The translations under genes were made by a program, and so were the position numbers. The notes beneath the pieces were generated by a model. It did no database searches. It was given only the letters and a program-made list of their open reading frames with translations, and was not told the DNA's origin. DNA of 64,000 nucleotides. Source: Carcharhinus longimanus. Its lineage: Eukaryota. The DNA is taken from the NCBI GenBank assembly GCA_030264375.1, contig JASCQW010000139.1, positions 6,339,225 to 6,403,224 on the forward strand. Reading direction: 5' to 3'. Positions within the stretch are counted from its first letter, which is position 1, and each line of letters begins with the position of its first letter. Of the stretch, positions 1 through 13,169 are shown piece by piece.

Positions 1-105
1 CCCTACGTACTGTATATTTGTGTAGCGCTCAAAGAACAATACTTTTCACTGTATCCCAATACATGTGACAATAATAAATCAAGTCAAAAATCAAATCAAA
101 TCAAA
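1..105 (+). mobile_element. 3' tail of a Rex1/Babar-like LINE
   Basis: aacaatacttttcactgtatcccaatacatgtgacaataataaatc plus (TCAAA)n tail; same tail at about 8850-9085 (+), 44450-44705 (-) and 60555-60625 (-). Confidence 0.6.
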
Positions 106-1724
106 CGAAGTTATTGATAATTCAATAGGTTTAGATTGGACAGTGCAGGTACTGATCATCACATACCAGGAAGTTCCAAAATTCAATATAGATTCCTTAC
201 AGGATAGACAACTATAGTTGGTCCTGACACCATTTGGCAAGGAAGGTTAGTGTGGGCCAGAAAGGAATGAGAGGGAGAAGTCTATGTCTCCAGTGAAAAG
301 AGCACATTGTTGAATATTGGGTCAGAATCAGTTGAGTTTCAGTGACCAGGCTGAGTCTAGGACTCAAAGCCAGTTCAGTTTTTACAGTAACCCTATCTCT
401 AAATAAGAAAATTCTGTCAGTATTAATCTTGATAAAAGCATGTCACATCCAAATTCCATAGAAAAGAAATTTGCATGAACTTGGCAGGCTATCATTTATT
501 ACAGCACCAGGCATTCCTTTTTCAGCTCAAACCTGTTCCATTGCTGATGTGGTTTCCGGCAAATTTCCATGTACCCATAACGGGTTGATGGTTATCATAT
601 TACTCAAACACGCACAGTCTTGCACAATGCAGCTACATATTCAAATGTTCAATCTCTGTCAACTCACATAAAAATATAATCAATACTGTATTTGATAAGG
701 ATTCTTCCATTTTATTAAAACCCTTTTAACCAGTTGCAATTTGTCATACCAACAGGTAGCCCTCCCTTTCATTGTGTCAGCTAGGAAAACTGTAACAGAT
801 CTCTTAGGAAAGTAACGTGTATGTTTAGGGAAATGCAAGGCACAGATCAAGGATCTCAGTTTAATACACAAGATTCACAAAACAAGCTTTTGCTCATTGA
901 TTGCCACGTTAAGGTGACGGGCTGCAATCTATAGTACAAGATGTCCGGTTTGGGAATGGGATACAAGAGATACATTAGTAAGCGGAAAATAGATGAGACA
1001 AACTTTGGTTTCAAAAGTTGACAGATTGCTGGAGGCAGAGAAGACTCAAGTGGGGGGTAAGTGGTATCACTGTTTAGAGGTTTTGCAAAAGAATGAGTTT
1101 GAGTAGGTGGTGTGATTGCTTGATTTCAAAAAACGCCCTGAAGTAAACAGGTTTGTCATGACTGCGAAATTAAAATGTTAAAATTCCAATGGCTTGAAAG
1201 GGGTATTGCACAGGTAGCAAATTCATGATTCATCCTCTTGATGAACTAACCTGCATTTATTACTGAGACATTTTGTGAATTTATAAAAAATAATTGAAGT
1301 AGCTTTTAATACTCATGGTGTCTTGAGCAAAGTTTTCTGTTTCGCCACCATTCTATTGCTTAATCTGCCTCTTGGGTTGGGCAAGAACAATTGATACAGT
1401 AGCCTTACAGGAGTAAGATTTGTGAGGTAGCACCAAGCTATTATTCCATTAGATTAGGCAACAGATGATGTGTACATTTACAAACAATATACATTCATAT
1501 AGTTATTTTGGCAATAAGACATGGGGCTTTTTTTTAACATGCAAAATGAAAGGAAATGAAGTTTGAGGGAGGATTAGGGAGATGTATGAGGTATCATAGA
1601 GGTAGACATTGATAATGATTTTGAAATAAGTTTGAGAGGTTTAAGATGAGAATGCTAGATTCCAGGATTGTGATAGCAAAAGAAATTGTCATCATTGGGG
1701 ATGTAGTACAGCCTCAATAACCAT

Positions 1725-2545
1725 GGAGGGAACTTTGAGCCCAAACTCTCCATGTGTGGGATTGCGGCATGGTTGTAAAATCTGGAGACAGAACTCGTGA
1801 ATCTCAATAGTGAGATCACAATTTCCAATTTTTAACTCTTCGTGGAACAATTTCAGGCAAGCTGCAGGAGCTCACGAACCCCATTTTAACATGAGCATAT
1901 CATTACCAAGCACTCACTCTAGATTTTCCCAAATATTCAGTGGGAGCTGTGCCATTAACAATAGATATGTATAAATGTAAACCTGGCACACTCCGAGGGG
2001 GATTTTGGAGGTAAGTGCTCAGGCATAACTTCTGCATGGGTGAAAGTCACTGAGCCATAGAGGAATGAGAGTCAGGTCTCTGGCAGGAATCCTTACAGCT
2101 CACTGTGGTGTTCTCATCTTTTCAGTGCATGGTTCTGGAGAATCATACAGTCAGTTGAGTTGGCATTTCTGCTCATTACAATGGAGCCATAGCAGAGACA
2201 CTGAACGTGGTCAGAACCTCTGGCCTCCACTAGAGCTGGGCCCACAGCAGTTGCGGGAGTGGCACCACAGATGGTGGAGCTTCATAGGAGACACTAACAG
2301 CCAAGGGTCTTCCAACATCAGTCATCTGCATACTCGCAGATGTCGAAGCTTCTGTGCTGTACTCAGAGGATGGGAGAGCAATTCTGCACTTCATGCAAGA
2401 GTTGGCACCTCTTAGAATGGGAGAACATCCAATGCCTTAAAGTTACCACCATTTTGAACTTCTATGCTAGTGGCTTGTTTCAGGGCAGCAGAGGACATCT
2501 CCGTGGCATCTCCCAATCAGCTGCACACAAATGCATCAGGGAGGA
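1725..2545 (+). mobile_element. PIF/Harbinger DNA transposon relic (HARBI1-like transposase fragment)
   Basis: ORF 2340..2645 contains KVTTILNFYASGLFQGSRGHLRGISQSAAHKCIRE, typical of the Harbinger transposase N-terminal HTH region; frameshifted and truncated; left boundary uncertain. Confidence 0.75.
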
Positions 2546-2850
2546 GAAATCCATAGGTGGTAAAGTCAAAACAGGTCTCGTCAGAGACAGTAAGGACAAT
2601 TTGCCTCTGTTTAAAAGAGAAACATATGAGGTAGGAGAGAGATAAGACAAATTTTACCCCTGCAAGACTACTGAATCAACTGTTTTTGCCCAACCCAAGA
2701 GACAGATTAAGAAATAGAATGGTGGCAAAACAGAAAACTTTGCTCAAGACACCATGAGAGATGAGAAACCTTAAATATTTTCATTGTAATAAACTTGGAT
2801 ATACAAAGTCAGTGTTAGTGACTTATGAAAAGTTCTAGGAAGACAGACGT

Positions 2851-3145
2851 GTGTGGCACAGTGGTGAGCACTGCTGCATCACGGTGCCAGGTTCAATACT
2901 GGCCTCAGGTGACTGCCTAACTCTCCCCATTCCTGTGTCAGTTTCCTCTGAGTGGTCCGGTTTCCTCCCGCACTCCAAAGGTGAGGGGGTTAAATTAATT
3001 GGCTATGCTAAATTGACCATTAATATCAGGGGCATTAGCAAGATAAACATGTGGGGCTACAGGGATAGAGTCTGGATGGATCTGTTGTCAGTGTAGGCTT
3101 GATGGGCCAAATGTCCTCTTTCATCATTGTAGGGATTCTATGATT
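2851..3145 (+). mobile_element. tRNA-derived SINE, HE1/V-SINE-like
   Basis: A-box tggcacagtggtgagc, B-box ggttcaatact, central gtttcctc...ggtttcctcccgcactccaaag, LINE-like tail gtagggattctatga. Confidence 0.8.
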
Positions 3146-3859
3146 AACAAAATTCCTCTTCTTGCTTCATTATTGGTCAATTGTTTCTACGTTTCTATAT
3201 TAGATATAGCTCTTAGGCTAAAGGGATCAAGGGATATTAGGGGAAGGGGGTATCAGGTTATTGAATTTGATGATCAGTCAGGATCATAATGAATGATGGA
3301 GCAGGCTCAAAGGGCCAAATGGCCTGCTTCTGTTTTCTATGTTTCTATGATTTGATTTGGCCTTCTGCTTCTAGTATCTATGTTTCTAAAACAGGATAAG
3401 CCAGAGGGATGGATTTGTTAAACTGGCAAAAGAATCCATGGTTGAAATTGAAGAGTTCAAAGAAATGCAAAGCCTATTCAGAGGGTGGTTGATATGCAAA
3501 GGTGTGATCTTACTGGCTCGGTGCGCCGGTCGATCAGCATGACGAGCCGGGAAAATAGCGAGAGACCAAAAATCCATTTGAGCCCGATCCCGTTTTATTG
3601 GTAAGAAATCCAATCAGATCAGGGATCCAATTTTACCTTAAGTATGGATAGCTTAGGAGTAAAGCAATTTAAATCAACTGCTTATCATCCAGAATCACCG
3701 GGAGTGTTAGAACAGTGGCATCAAACTTTATAGGCCCTCAACATGGTCTTTAGTCAGGATTAGCCAGATGATTGGGATAAATGGAATTCCATTTGTGCTC
3801 TTTGCATTTAGAGATGTGTCTAATGAATAAACTAAACCAAGTTCAGGCATCTTGAGGGG

Positions 3860-4100
3860 AATTGCTTGATAGAGCAGACGCAGCATGGTTTCGTTAAGGG
3901 GAAGTCGTGTCTGACAAATTTNNNNNNNNNNNNNNNNNNNNNNNNNNNNNNNNNNNNNNNNNNNNNNNNNNNNNNNNNNNNNNNNNNNNNNNNNNNNNNN
4001 NNNNNNNNNNNNNNNNNNNNNAGATCAGCCATGATCTTATTGAATGGCGGGGCAGGCTAGATGGCCTACTCCTGCTCCTATTTCTTATGTTCTTATGTCC
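3860..4100 (+). mobile_element. CR1/HER1-like LINE fragment spanning a gap
   Basis: QHGFVKGKSCLTNF, then 100 N, then the canonical 3' tail gatcagccatgatcttattgaatggcggggcaggc...cctactcctgctcctatttcttatgttcttatg. Confidence 0.85.
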
Positions 4101-5256
4101 ATTCAAAATGATTTTTAGGCCCGAGGTAAAAGGACCATTTACATTGATCAAGGAGAAATTGGTGAGTCAGTGTTCTGAGTCTACATTGTTGGAACATGTG
4201 ATGAACTTTAGGGAGAGATTAACTAGGACTGGTAAATTGGCTAGACAGCATTTGAAAGTGGAATAGCTTGTGATGAAAAAGAAGCAGTTAGGAGACCAAA
4301 AACTCGTAATTTTGTTAGTGGGGAGAAAGTAATAGTATTATTATCACTGGCAGATGAACCATTAAATCAAGGTATAACAGGCCTTATCAAATCAAAAGAA
4401 AATTAGAAATGAGATAGATGTAGGATGTTCCCGATGGTAGAGGAGTCCAGAAACGGGGGTCACAATCTGAAATGAAATGAATTGCAGCATTAGAGCTCAC
4501 TTATCATGATGGTACCAAAACCAAATGGTACACAATGATTATGTGTGGACTATAGAAAAGTCAATGCAGTTACAAAGTCAGATTCATTTCCTATTCCTCA
4601 ATTGGAAGAATGTATTGAAAAGGTGGGAGAAGTAAATTGTATCACCAAACTTTATTTGCTTATAGGATACCTTTGTCAGAAAGGGTGAAGGAAGTTTCAG
4701 CTTTTGTGACACCAGCTATCTGAAGAGTTGAAAGTCAGGCTTGCAGTGTGATTCACTTATGCTTATGCGCGGATCCCAGTCCTTTGCAGACAGAGGGACA
4801 GTGTCCATGCATTAGAACAAAAATAGGGGAGAATAGCCATTCTGATTCAATCCCAATAAGAGTCAACTTGCGTGGTTTGAATTGGGGGAGGGGCTTGGCA
4901 GTGAACTGTTCTCTGGTAGAGGTTTTACCCTGGAGCATGCATCAATCAGTTCTCTTGATCCTCTTTTTATGCAGTATAAATTGTTGTTCCCTTTGACATT
5001 TGGTATTCCGGCATTTCTCTTGTGGTGAGTGCAAGATGAAAAGCTTTTTTCAGCCATATGCCAAATATGAGGGAAGACATCAACTAGCTATTGCATCTGC
5101 ATCTGAGACCCCTGCCTATTGAGCCCAATTTATTCCATTCTTCCCAGTAGGAATTGCTGATCAGACATTTGCCTCTGTCTCCTCAATATATATTACATGC
5201 CACATTTACTAACAGAACTGTCAATGCTATTTCTGCAAGAGATTTTAAACAGAATG

Positions 5257-5772
5257 GACAGCACAATGGCACAGTGGTCAGCACTGATGCCTCCCAGCAC
5301 AAGGACCCAGGTTCAATTCCAGTTTCAGTTGATTGTGTGGCGTTTGCATCTCCTCCTCCGTCTGCGTGTGTTTCCTCCTGCTGTTCCAATTTCTTCCCAC
5401 GCTCAAAAAGATTTGTGGGTTATGTTAAATTGCCCATTAGTATCAGGGGGTTTATCAGAGAAAATATATGGGGTTATGGGGAGAGGCCAGAGTGGGTTTG
5501 TTGTCAGTGCAGGTTGATGGACTGAATGGCCTCTTTCTGCACTGTAGGGATTCTATGAAATGGTTTGTATCAATTTAATGTCATGCTGTTTGGAATGAAA
5601 AATCATAGACTCCCTACAGTGCAGAAGCAGGTTATTTGGCCCATCGAGTCTGCAGTGACTGACAGAATATCTTACCCAGACTCTATCCTCATAACCCCAC
5701 ATATTTACCTCACTAATTTATGTACACAGCTTGGGACGCTAAGGGGCAATTTAGCATGGCCAATCAACCTAA
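5257..5772. mobile_element. Two HE1/V-SINE-like copies (5257-5557 +, 5605-5772 -) inserted in the gypsy RT
   Basis: tRNA head ggcacagtggtcagcactgatgcctc...ggttcaattcc; second copy is a reverse tail catagactccctacagtgcagaag...ggggcaatttagcatggccaatc. Confidence 0.8.
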
Positions 5773-6379
5773 CAATATGCCAGCAACATTTCAAATCAAC
5801 AAAGTCATTTCTGGACTAAATAACTGTGCAATGTATATAGGTGACCTGATGGTTTTCGGTCAGATTGGAAGGAACATTTGGGACATTTAAAGGAATTGTT
5901 TATTCAACTACAGGACGCGGGCTTGGTAGTAAACTTGGCTAAAAGTGAATTTGCAAATGCCCAAGTCACCACCTTAGCACATACAATTGGACATGGACAG
6001 ACAGTCGGTCCCATGCAATGTGAAAACAAGTTACTGGAGTTCTCAATACCATCAATGAGAAATGCTGAGATTCCTGGGCATGAGTGTTTTCTGTAGGAAT
6101 ATTGCGCCAAATTTTAGCTGTGTGGTTGCTCCATTGACTGAACTGCTGAAAAAGCACAGGAAATTTGAGTCTGACTGTCAGGAAGCAAGTGACAATGTGA
6201 AAACCAGTTTCAACAACAAATAATGCAAAAGCAATTCAAGGTGATTATTTATGTGAGTAATGTGGATGTTTGCCTTCCTGTAACAGTACAGTACCATGAA
6301 AGGACAGAAAATCCTATTTGTTACTTTTCCAGAAAACAAAGTATTTATCAAAAGAAATATTCAACCACGGAGGAGACAT

Positions 6380-7095
6380 TGGGTCCAATTTTACCATCGC
6401 ATTACCAAGTTTTCGCGCTGGAAAACGTGCAAAGTCAGGCATGAAGCAAGTAGCGGGATCCATGCCCACCTCCATACCAGTTCCTCTGAAAATGGCTACG
6501 ATCGGGACCACGCCCAAAACAAGCGCAATAGCAATTTGAAATGTATTTGCNNNNNNNNNNNNNNNNNNNNNNNNNNNNNNNNNNNNNNNNNNNNNNNNNN
6601 NNNNNNNNNNNNNNNNNNNNNNNNNNNNNNNNNNNNNNNNNNNNNNNNNNNNNNNNNNNNNNNNNNNNNNNNNNNNNNNNNNNNNNNNNNNNNNNNNNNN
6701 NNNNNNNNNNNNNNNNNNNNNNNNNNNNNNNNNNNNNNNNNNNNNNNNNNNNNNNNNNNNNNNNNNNNNNNNNNNNNNGAGGGGGCCGCAATCAGTCTGG
6801 GCACTGGGGGAGTGGGCAATGTCTGTGGGGGTCAGGGGGAGCCATTATTCAGCCTGGGAGCAACGTGGCGGGTAGCCAAATTCTAACTTCTCTTTCTGCA
6901 AATGCACAGTTGAAGGCGCTGATCGGAGCTGTAGGATTTTGGGCACATTAAGCCACGCCCACAGGCTTCTGCAGCACGATTCAGAATCACTGTTATTTTT
7001 GCAGGCAGAGTGCGTACGGGGGCACCTGAGGACACATCTAAAAGTCAGATCTGAAACACTCCCAGTTTCAAGTCCACACAGCACTTAGAACCAAA
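6380..7095. mobile_element. GC-rich non-autonomous DNA transposon (MITE-like) inserted in the gypsy RNase H
   Basis: Abrupt GC/CpG-rich block starting gggtccaattttacc and ending cttagaaccaaaat; RNase H coding resumes at 7096. Confidence 0.55.
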
Positions 7096-8394
7096 ATGAT
7101 ATTGGTATTGGCCTTGCAACATTTTAACTTTTATGTCGCAAACAATTCATCAGAGACAATTGTTTACACTGACCATAATCCAGTGAAGTTTCTGGAGAAG
7201 TTGAAAGATAAAAATGCAAGACTGTTTAGTTACAGCTTATTGTTACAGCCATGTAATTTGAAGATTTATACATGTGGCAGTAAAAGAGAAAGTGGCTGCA
7301 AATGCTTTATCATGACTTTGATATGTAAAAGGATGGAATGTTCAATGTTGAAAAAGAAAGACTGCACTGAACTATACTACTGTTTAAATTTGCATGCTTC
7401 GATGTTTCGATATACACACCTTACAAAGTACTAATAACGTGCAAAAACTAGAGGCTTTAGAAAAATGAAGCCATCTTTTCATATTGTTGATGCTTTTTTT
7501 TAAAAAGGGGGTGGTGTGATGATGATACAAATATATATTTTGGTTTTTATGTTTAAGGGGAATGTTTAAAAGTTCAGCTTTATTCTATAGGGAGTCAACA
7601 TATCTGGAGGAAATGCAACTGAGATTGTGGGAGACCATCACAGTACTTTGGGAAATCTCTCCTCCATGGACATTGGGAACCCCCCCNNNNNNNNNNNNNN
7701 NNNNNNNNNNNNNNNNNNNNNNNNNNNNNNNNNNNNNNNNNNNNNNNNNNNNNNNNNNNNNNNNNNNNNNNNNNNNNNNNNNNNNNNNNNNNNNNNNNNN
7801 NNNNNNNNNNNNNNNNNNNNNNNNNNNNNNNNNNNNNNNNNNNNNNNNNNNNNNNNNNNNNNNNNNNNNNNNNNNNNNNNNNNNNNNNNNNNNNNNNNNN
7901 NNNNNNNNNNNNNNNNNNNNNNNNNNNNNNNNNNNNNNNNNNNNNNNNNNNNNNNNNNNNNNNNNNNNNNNNNNNNNNNNNNNNNNNNNNNNNNNNNNNN
8001 NNNNNNNNCTGGGGGCTTCAATGGCCCCCAACTCCCTGGTGAGACCATCTCACCAAGTTTCTGCTTGTGCAGACCAGCAGTGATTTTCACTATTATCTCG
8101 CTGCACCTGAACACTGGAAAATGCCGTGCACTATGATTCAAATATTCCATGTGTATTTAAAATACTACTTTTAATTTGCTAGTCGGCCTCGCACCCTCTC
8201 TGGGAGGGAAGGGGGGGGGATCTTCTGGTTCGTACCATTAGAAAGAGGCTGGTAGAATCTCAAACCATTTGGCGTCAGGTGCAAAATCAATATCTCGACC
8301 CGCACACTATTTTCTGAGACCAGCACAATCTGTTAATGGTGCAGCGAGGTCAGAGAATTAACCCCATGGTATCAAATGGTGGAACAAGAGGCCA

Positions 8395-9280
8395 TGGGGA
8401 AGACAGTGTTATAATGATAATGTTACAGAACTAGTAATCCAGAGACCAAGTCTAATACTTTGGGGATATGGATTCAAATTCTAACATGGCAACTGGGGGA
8501 ATTTAAATTCAATACATGTGGAATCATCATACACTGCAGAAGAAAGCCATGTGGCCCAGTGAGTCTGCATTAACCACAATCCCACCTAGCCCTAGTCCCT
8601 ATCCCTATGCGTTTACCCTAGCTAGTCTCCCTGACACTAAGGGGCAATTTAGCATGGCCAATCCACCAAACCCACACATCTCTGAAGTGTGGGAAGAAAC
8701 TGGAGCATCCGGAGGAAACTCATGCAGACACAGGGAAATGTGCAAATTCCACACAGACAATGACATTGAAAACTAGCCCCAGCGATGGTGACCATGAAAC
8801 TATCATCAATTGTTGTAAAGATGCATCTCATTCACTAATATTGTTCCTGATAGAAAAGTCAGAGATCGTGTACCAACCAGCTTCTTCCCTGCTGCCATCA
8901 CGCTTATGAATATACCTAATATTAAGATGATCTTTCTCTATACCCTATGACTATAACACTACATTCTGCACCTTCGCCCCATGTACTCTGTGAATGGTAT
9001 GCTTTGTCTGTATCATGCACAGGAAACAATACTTTTTACTCCATACCGATAAGTGTGACAATACTAAATCAAACCAAACCAAAATGAAATTTAGGGATGG
9101 AAATCTGTCATCCCTCCCTGATCTGGCCTACATATGACTCTAGATCCCCAGCAATGTGACTGCTTCTTAACTGCCTACTGAAATGGCCTAGCAAGTCGCT
9201 GAGTTCAAGAACAACTGAGAAAGGGCAAGAAATACTAGCCTTGTCAATCACACTCACATCTCATGAAAGAATAAAAAACA
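8395..9280 (+). mobile_element. MetaSINE-like element interrupted by an HE1-like SINE (8520-8765, -) and a Rex/Babar LINE tail (8850-9085)
   Basis: tRNA-like head ...ctagtaatccagagacc...ggattcaaattc; catctcattcactaat | ttagggatggaaatctgtcatcc...ctggcctacatatgactc; tail cacatctcatgaaagaataaaaaa. Confidence 0.6.
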
Positions 9281-10444
9281 GTCAGAGGAATACAGGGAAC
9301 TTGGAGGTTTGTAGTTCAGGCAGAGATTAAACAGACGGGGAGGAGCAGGCCAGGAGATGATTTATACATGAGTTAAGAATTTTATAATTAAGACAATAGT
9401 GAACCAAGATTCAATGTAGGGCAGCAAGCATTTGGGCTATGATATAAACAGCAGAGCTCTGGAAGAGCTCATGTTTACAGAAGGTTATGGCCCGGAGAGA
9501 CGCCGTGTCTGAAAGTAACAAACACATAGAAGAAGCTCTCAGTTGTACCCACAATGATGATGCAATAGAGATGGGCAATGTGACAGGGGTACTGGGTGGT
9601 CTTTGTGATGAAGACTATACTGTCAGAAACTCAGCTTAAGATAAGAAATATGAAAGGGCAAAGTATAGATCCATGTGCAGGCAAGAGATGAGAAACACAA
9701 AAATAAACTTCTTGCTATTTGAACCAATAAAATATTATGCAATCCTAATGACCACAGGAGTTATCTGATCTCATCATATTTATAATAAAGTGCTTATATT
9801 CGTTCCCGTGGTGAAATATATTACATTATTTCCTTGTAATTGTACCCAGATATCCATTGTACTGTTTTTAATGTAGAACAGTGGGTATTGCTTGAGATCC
9901 CACCACGTTCCATTTAGGAACAAGAACAGTTAATTTGTCATGTCACTAGCTCTTCAACACACTGAGTCACTTGTAATTGTATCTCAAGATTGCATATCTA
10001 TTCTTGGCTGGCTCTGTAACCTATCATTTCTACGTTTTGTTGTTACGTGCAGTACAAAAGGTTGAAATCCATAAACTTGTCAGCAAACTTTTTTGATAAT
10101 GGTTACGAGGTATCTAAATTCTAAGCGAACACTGACTCAGAGATTCCATTAGGAAAACATTTCCTTCTCAGCAGCACATGAATGCAGTTATACAGATTTT
10201 TGTTTTGTTTAGTCAGTCAGTTCCCTCTTTTATAGGATCATAGCTTCCTCGAGCCTGCAACACCATTCAATTAGATGATGTAAGATCTGGACCTCAACCC
10301 CATTTACCCATCTTTGCGTTGTACCTCTCAAGATCTTTGCCTGACAAGAATCTATTAATCTTGGTCTAGTAAACTGTTTAGTATCCTTGTGTGAAAAAGT
10401 GCTTCCCATTTCACCTGAAATTTCTATCTATAATTTTAAGATTA

Positions 10445-10780
10445 TGCCCCATTGTTTTAGAGTCATAGAGGTTTACAGCATGGAAACAGGCCCTTCGGCC
10501 CAACTTGTCCATGCCGCCTTTTTTTTTAAAAACCCCTAAACTAATTCTAATTGCCCACATTTGGCCCATATCCCTCAATACCCATCGTACCCATGTAACT
10601 ATCTAAATGCTTTTTAAAAGATAAAATTGTACCCACCTCTACCACTACCTCTGGCAGCTTGTTCCAGACACTCACTACCTTCTGTGTGAAAAATTGCTCT
10701 TCTGGACACTTTTGTTTCTCTCCCACAACTTCTTTTCACACTCTGTGTGAAAAAATTGTCCCTCTGGACACTTTGAGAGT
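10445..10780 (-). mobile_element. CR1-type LINE 3' end
   Basis: tagagtcatagaggtttacagcatggaaacaggcccttcggcccaac...; near-identical ends at about 34005 and 57841. Confidence 0.8.
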
Positions 10781-13169
10781 TCGATTAGATGATTAGAAGT
10801 TCATTTTATTCATGTGCATTTCAAAAATGGCTCATGAGGCCTGCCCAATATGGATATTAGGCAAATTAGTGTGATGGAGACATTGGGGGCATAGAGGGGC
10901 ATTACGGGTATAGGGGCATGGGGAGTATGAGGGGGCATGGGAGATATCAGGGAGCATGGATGAGGCAGGGAAGGCATGAAATGGGTGGAAGCATGAGGGA
11001 GTGAGTGTCAGAGGGCCTAACAACCTGCTACACCAGTAGGCTGAAGTCTCAGAAAACTGAGATCTTTGAACCAGCCTCCTTCAGTATTTGCACTCCTTTG
11101 TAACTGCCTCTAAAAGCAGTGGACTTGACTCCATTCTACTGCCTCCCGGCCAAGAGCAAAAATATGACAGGCAGTAGTCCTTTTAAAGGAGAAGCGTCTG
11201 CTAAGTTAGCCCGTTTCCCGACTTGATCTTCCTGCATCCTCCTGGAAAATGTAATCCATTATGTCTATTGCTTTATCCTTGTCTATTACTTCTTTAAATG
11301 ATTCAATAAATCTCTTTTGAAATCCATGTGGATTATTTTTATTACGTTTTTGGTTTCTAGATTTACTCTATTGAATTTTTGAGTAAAAATATCTTTCTTT
11401 AAACCACAATAAGGTAGCTATTGTATCATTCCCTGGATTTGTTCTATCTCCTTTTGAAATATAGAGACAACTTTAGCTGTCTATCAGTCCTTATTCCCTT
11501 TACTAATTAATTGTTTTTCATGTGCAATAATGCCTCTGCTTTCTCTCCCACAACTTCTTTTAATATACAGTGATGCAATTTATCCGGACCAAGATTTTAT
11601 CCAGTCTAAGTTTGATTAATTTATCAATTATCTCCTCCATTCAATCTTAAATATCTTTTTATTTGTTTTAATCTCTTCTTAAATGATATGCTGACTATGT
11701 TACTTTCTTGGTATATTTTGAGGCAAAGTAGCTATTCAATAAATCTACTATTTTGCTGTTGCTACCTGTGTTTATCCCATACAATATTTGCTGACCTATC
11801 CTTGTTCAGGTTTCCCTTTTGTTAGTTATGTGTCCATCAAATGCTAAATTGTTTCTTTTCATATTCCTTGCTAATTTAATTTATTAGTTCTTTCTGCTTT
11901 CTTGATTTATTTACTTATTTCATAATCTCTTCTTATTCCCTTTTGTCATCCTCTCCTTTGTGGTCTATGTATCTGGTGTATGCATTTTTTCTTATCCATT
12001 CATTGGTGTTTCATTATTCGCTAGCTTGTTCTTGATTATTGGTGGAAATATTCCCCTAAGCTCTGCTGATCAGCTCAAGAAAGAGAGAAGTAGAGAGGCC
12101 AAGAGATTAATGGATTTATCAGAGTTTAGGACTATGGAGCTAGTAGTGTGGTCACCAATGATGGAGTGTTAAAATTTGGGAAATGCAAAAGGCCAGGCTT
12201 GGAGGAGTGCACAAAAATCATGAAGGCTGGCCAAGAGAGCATTGGAATAGTCAAAACACATTTTCAGATAAATTTTCTATTTATAGATTTTATTAATGTA
12301 ATGTGTCATGCTCTGGGCTGTATATTGCTCACAGCAGCAGAAAACACAGTTTCCTTAGTGATTTGAAATGCCTTCTCCTGGAACATATTCCACAGTTATA
12401 TATTGTCCTTGCTCAGCAAGTCTCTAATTGATTTAGTCATCTTTACGAGATTTGAAGAGAGTTCTCCTCATGCCAGTGTTCTTTGCTGACCTTCAAGAGA
12501 TGGTTCCATCTCATTGATAGTTTGTACCTTTTCAAGGTAATCCCTTCCTGATTTATGCTGTGTCTCAATGATTTGATTTAGGTTTGTGAGAGTTCACACA
12601 GCATTTAAAGCAATCCTAACTTCCTCTGTCAACTTTTCAGCACTAGATTTCTATTATGCGCAGCCTGAGTTTTGTCATTAATCATAACATTATACACAGT
12701 GTACACTATCTAGCAGTTAACTGCAAACTCCTTTGGAAATGTTTTGGTGAAGTAATCATGCAAATGGGAGCCTTGTGAAATAGGATTGAATAATATTGAA
12801 TAAAGCATTCCAAAAACAACTTTCAGCAAAGACAACTTACATAAGCACACCTCACATACAGGGAGAAGTCTTGGGGAATTTTACAATAAGTATAAAAATG
12901 ACATGTTGAAAACGTAGGAGAAGACATTGGGCATCTGAAGCCTGATGAACAGGAAGCTTTTGAGCTTTTGGAAAACAGGAAAGAAGTGGGAAGGTGAAGA
13001 GAATTGGGTACAGAATGAACAAGAGGTGAAGTGAAAGTAAGTGTTGCAGAAGTGGAGAATATTTGCAGGTTCCTAAGGGAATGGAGAGAGACCATAAAAA
13101 GATCTCAAAGTAAAGAAACAAACAAAAAACAAGACTTGAGACGAAGGGATAAAAGCAAAATACTGTGGG

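Larger units (their letters stand above)
2550..7640 (+). mobile_element. Decayed Ty3/gypsy LTR retrotransposon, Gmr1-like (gag-IN-RT-RNaseH), broken by nested insertions
   Basis: Degenerate zinc knuckle KYFHCNKLGYTKS about 2773; integrase core IQSDQGSNF/STAYHPESPG about 3605-3720 and GPY module about 4380; RT VPKPNG..LCVDYRKVNAVTKSDSFPIP about 4505-4670, YQFNVMLFGMKN about 5567, YIGD about 5835; RNase H ..TIVYTDHNPVKFL.. 7096-7310; polypurine tract 7502-7514 followed by TG. Confidence 0.88.

Noticed and set aside
2065-2645. Possible domesticated HARBI1-like gene
   Set aside because: Only a short, frameshifted N-terminal fragment with no catalytic DDE region or splice structure; a TE relic.
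2851-2925. tRNA-like A/B-box sequences (also at 5257, 29330, 38770, 52700)
   Set aside because: SINE heads continuing into V-domain and LINE-derived tails; no cloverleaf or anticodon arm.
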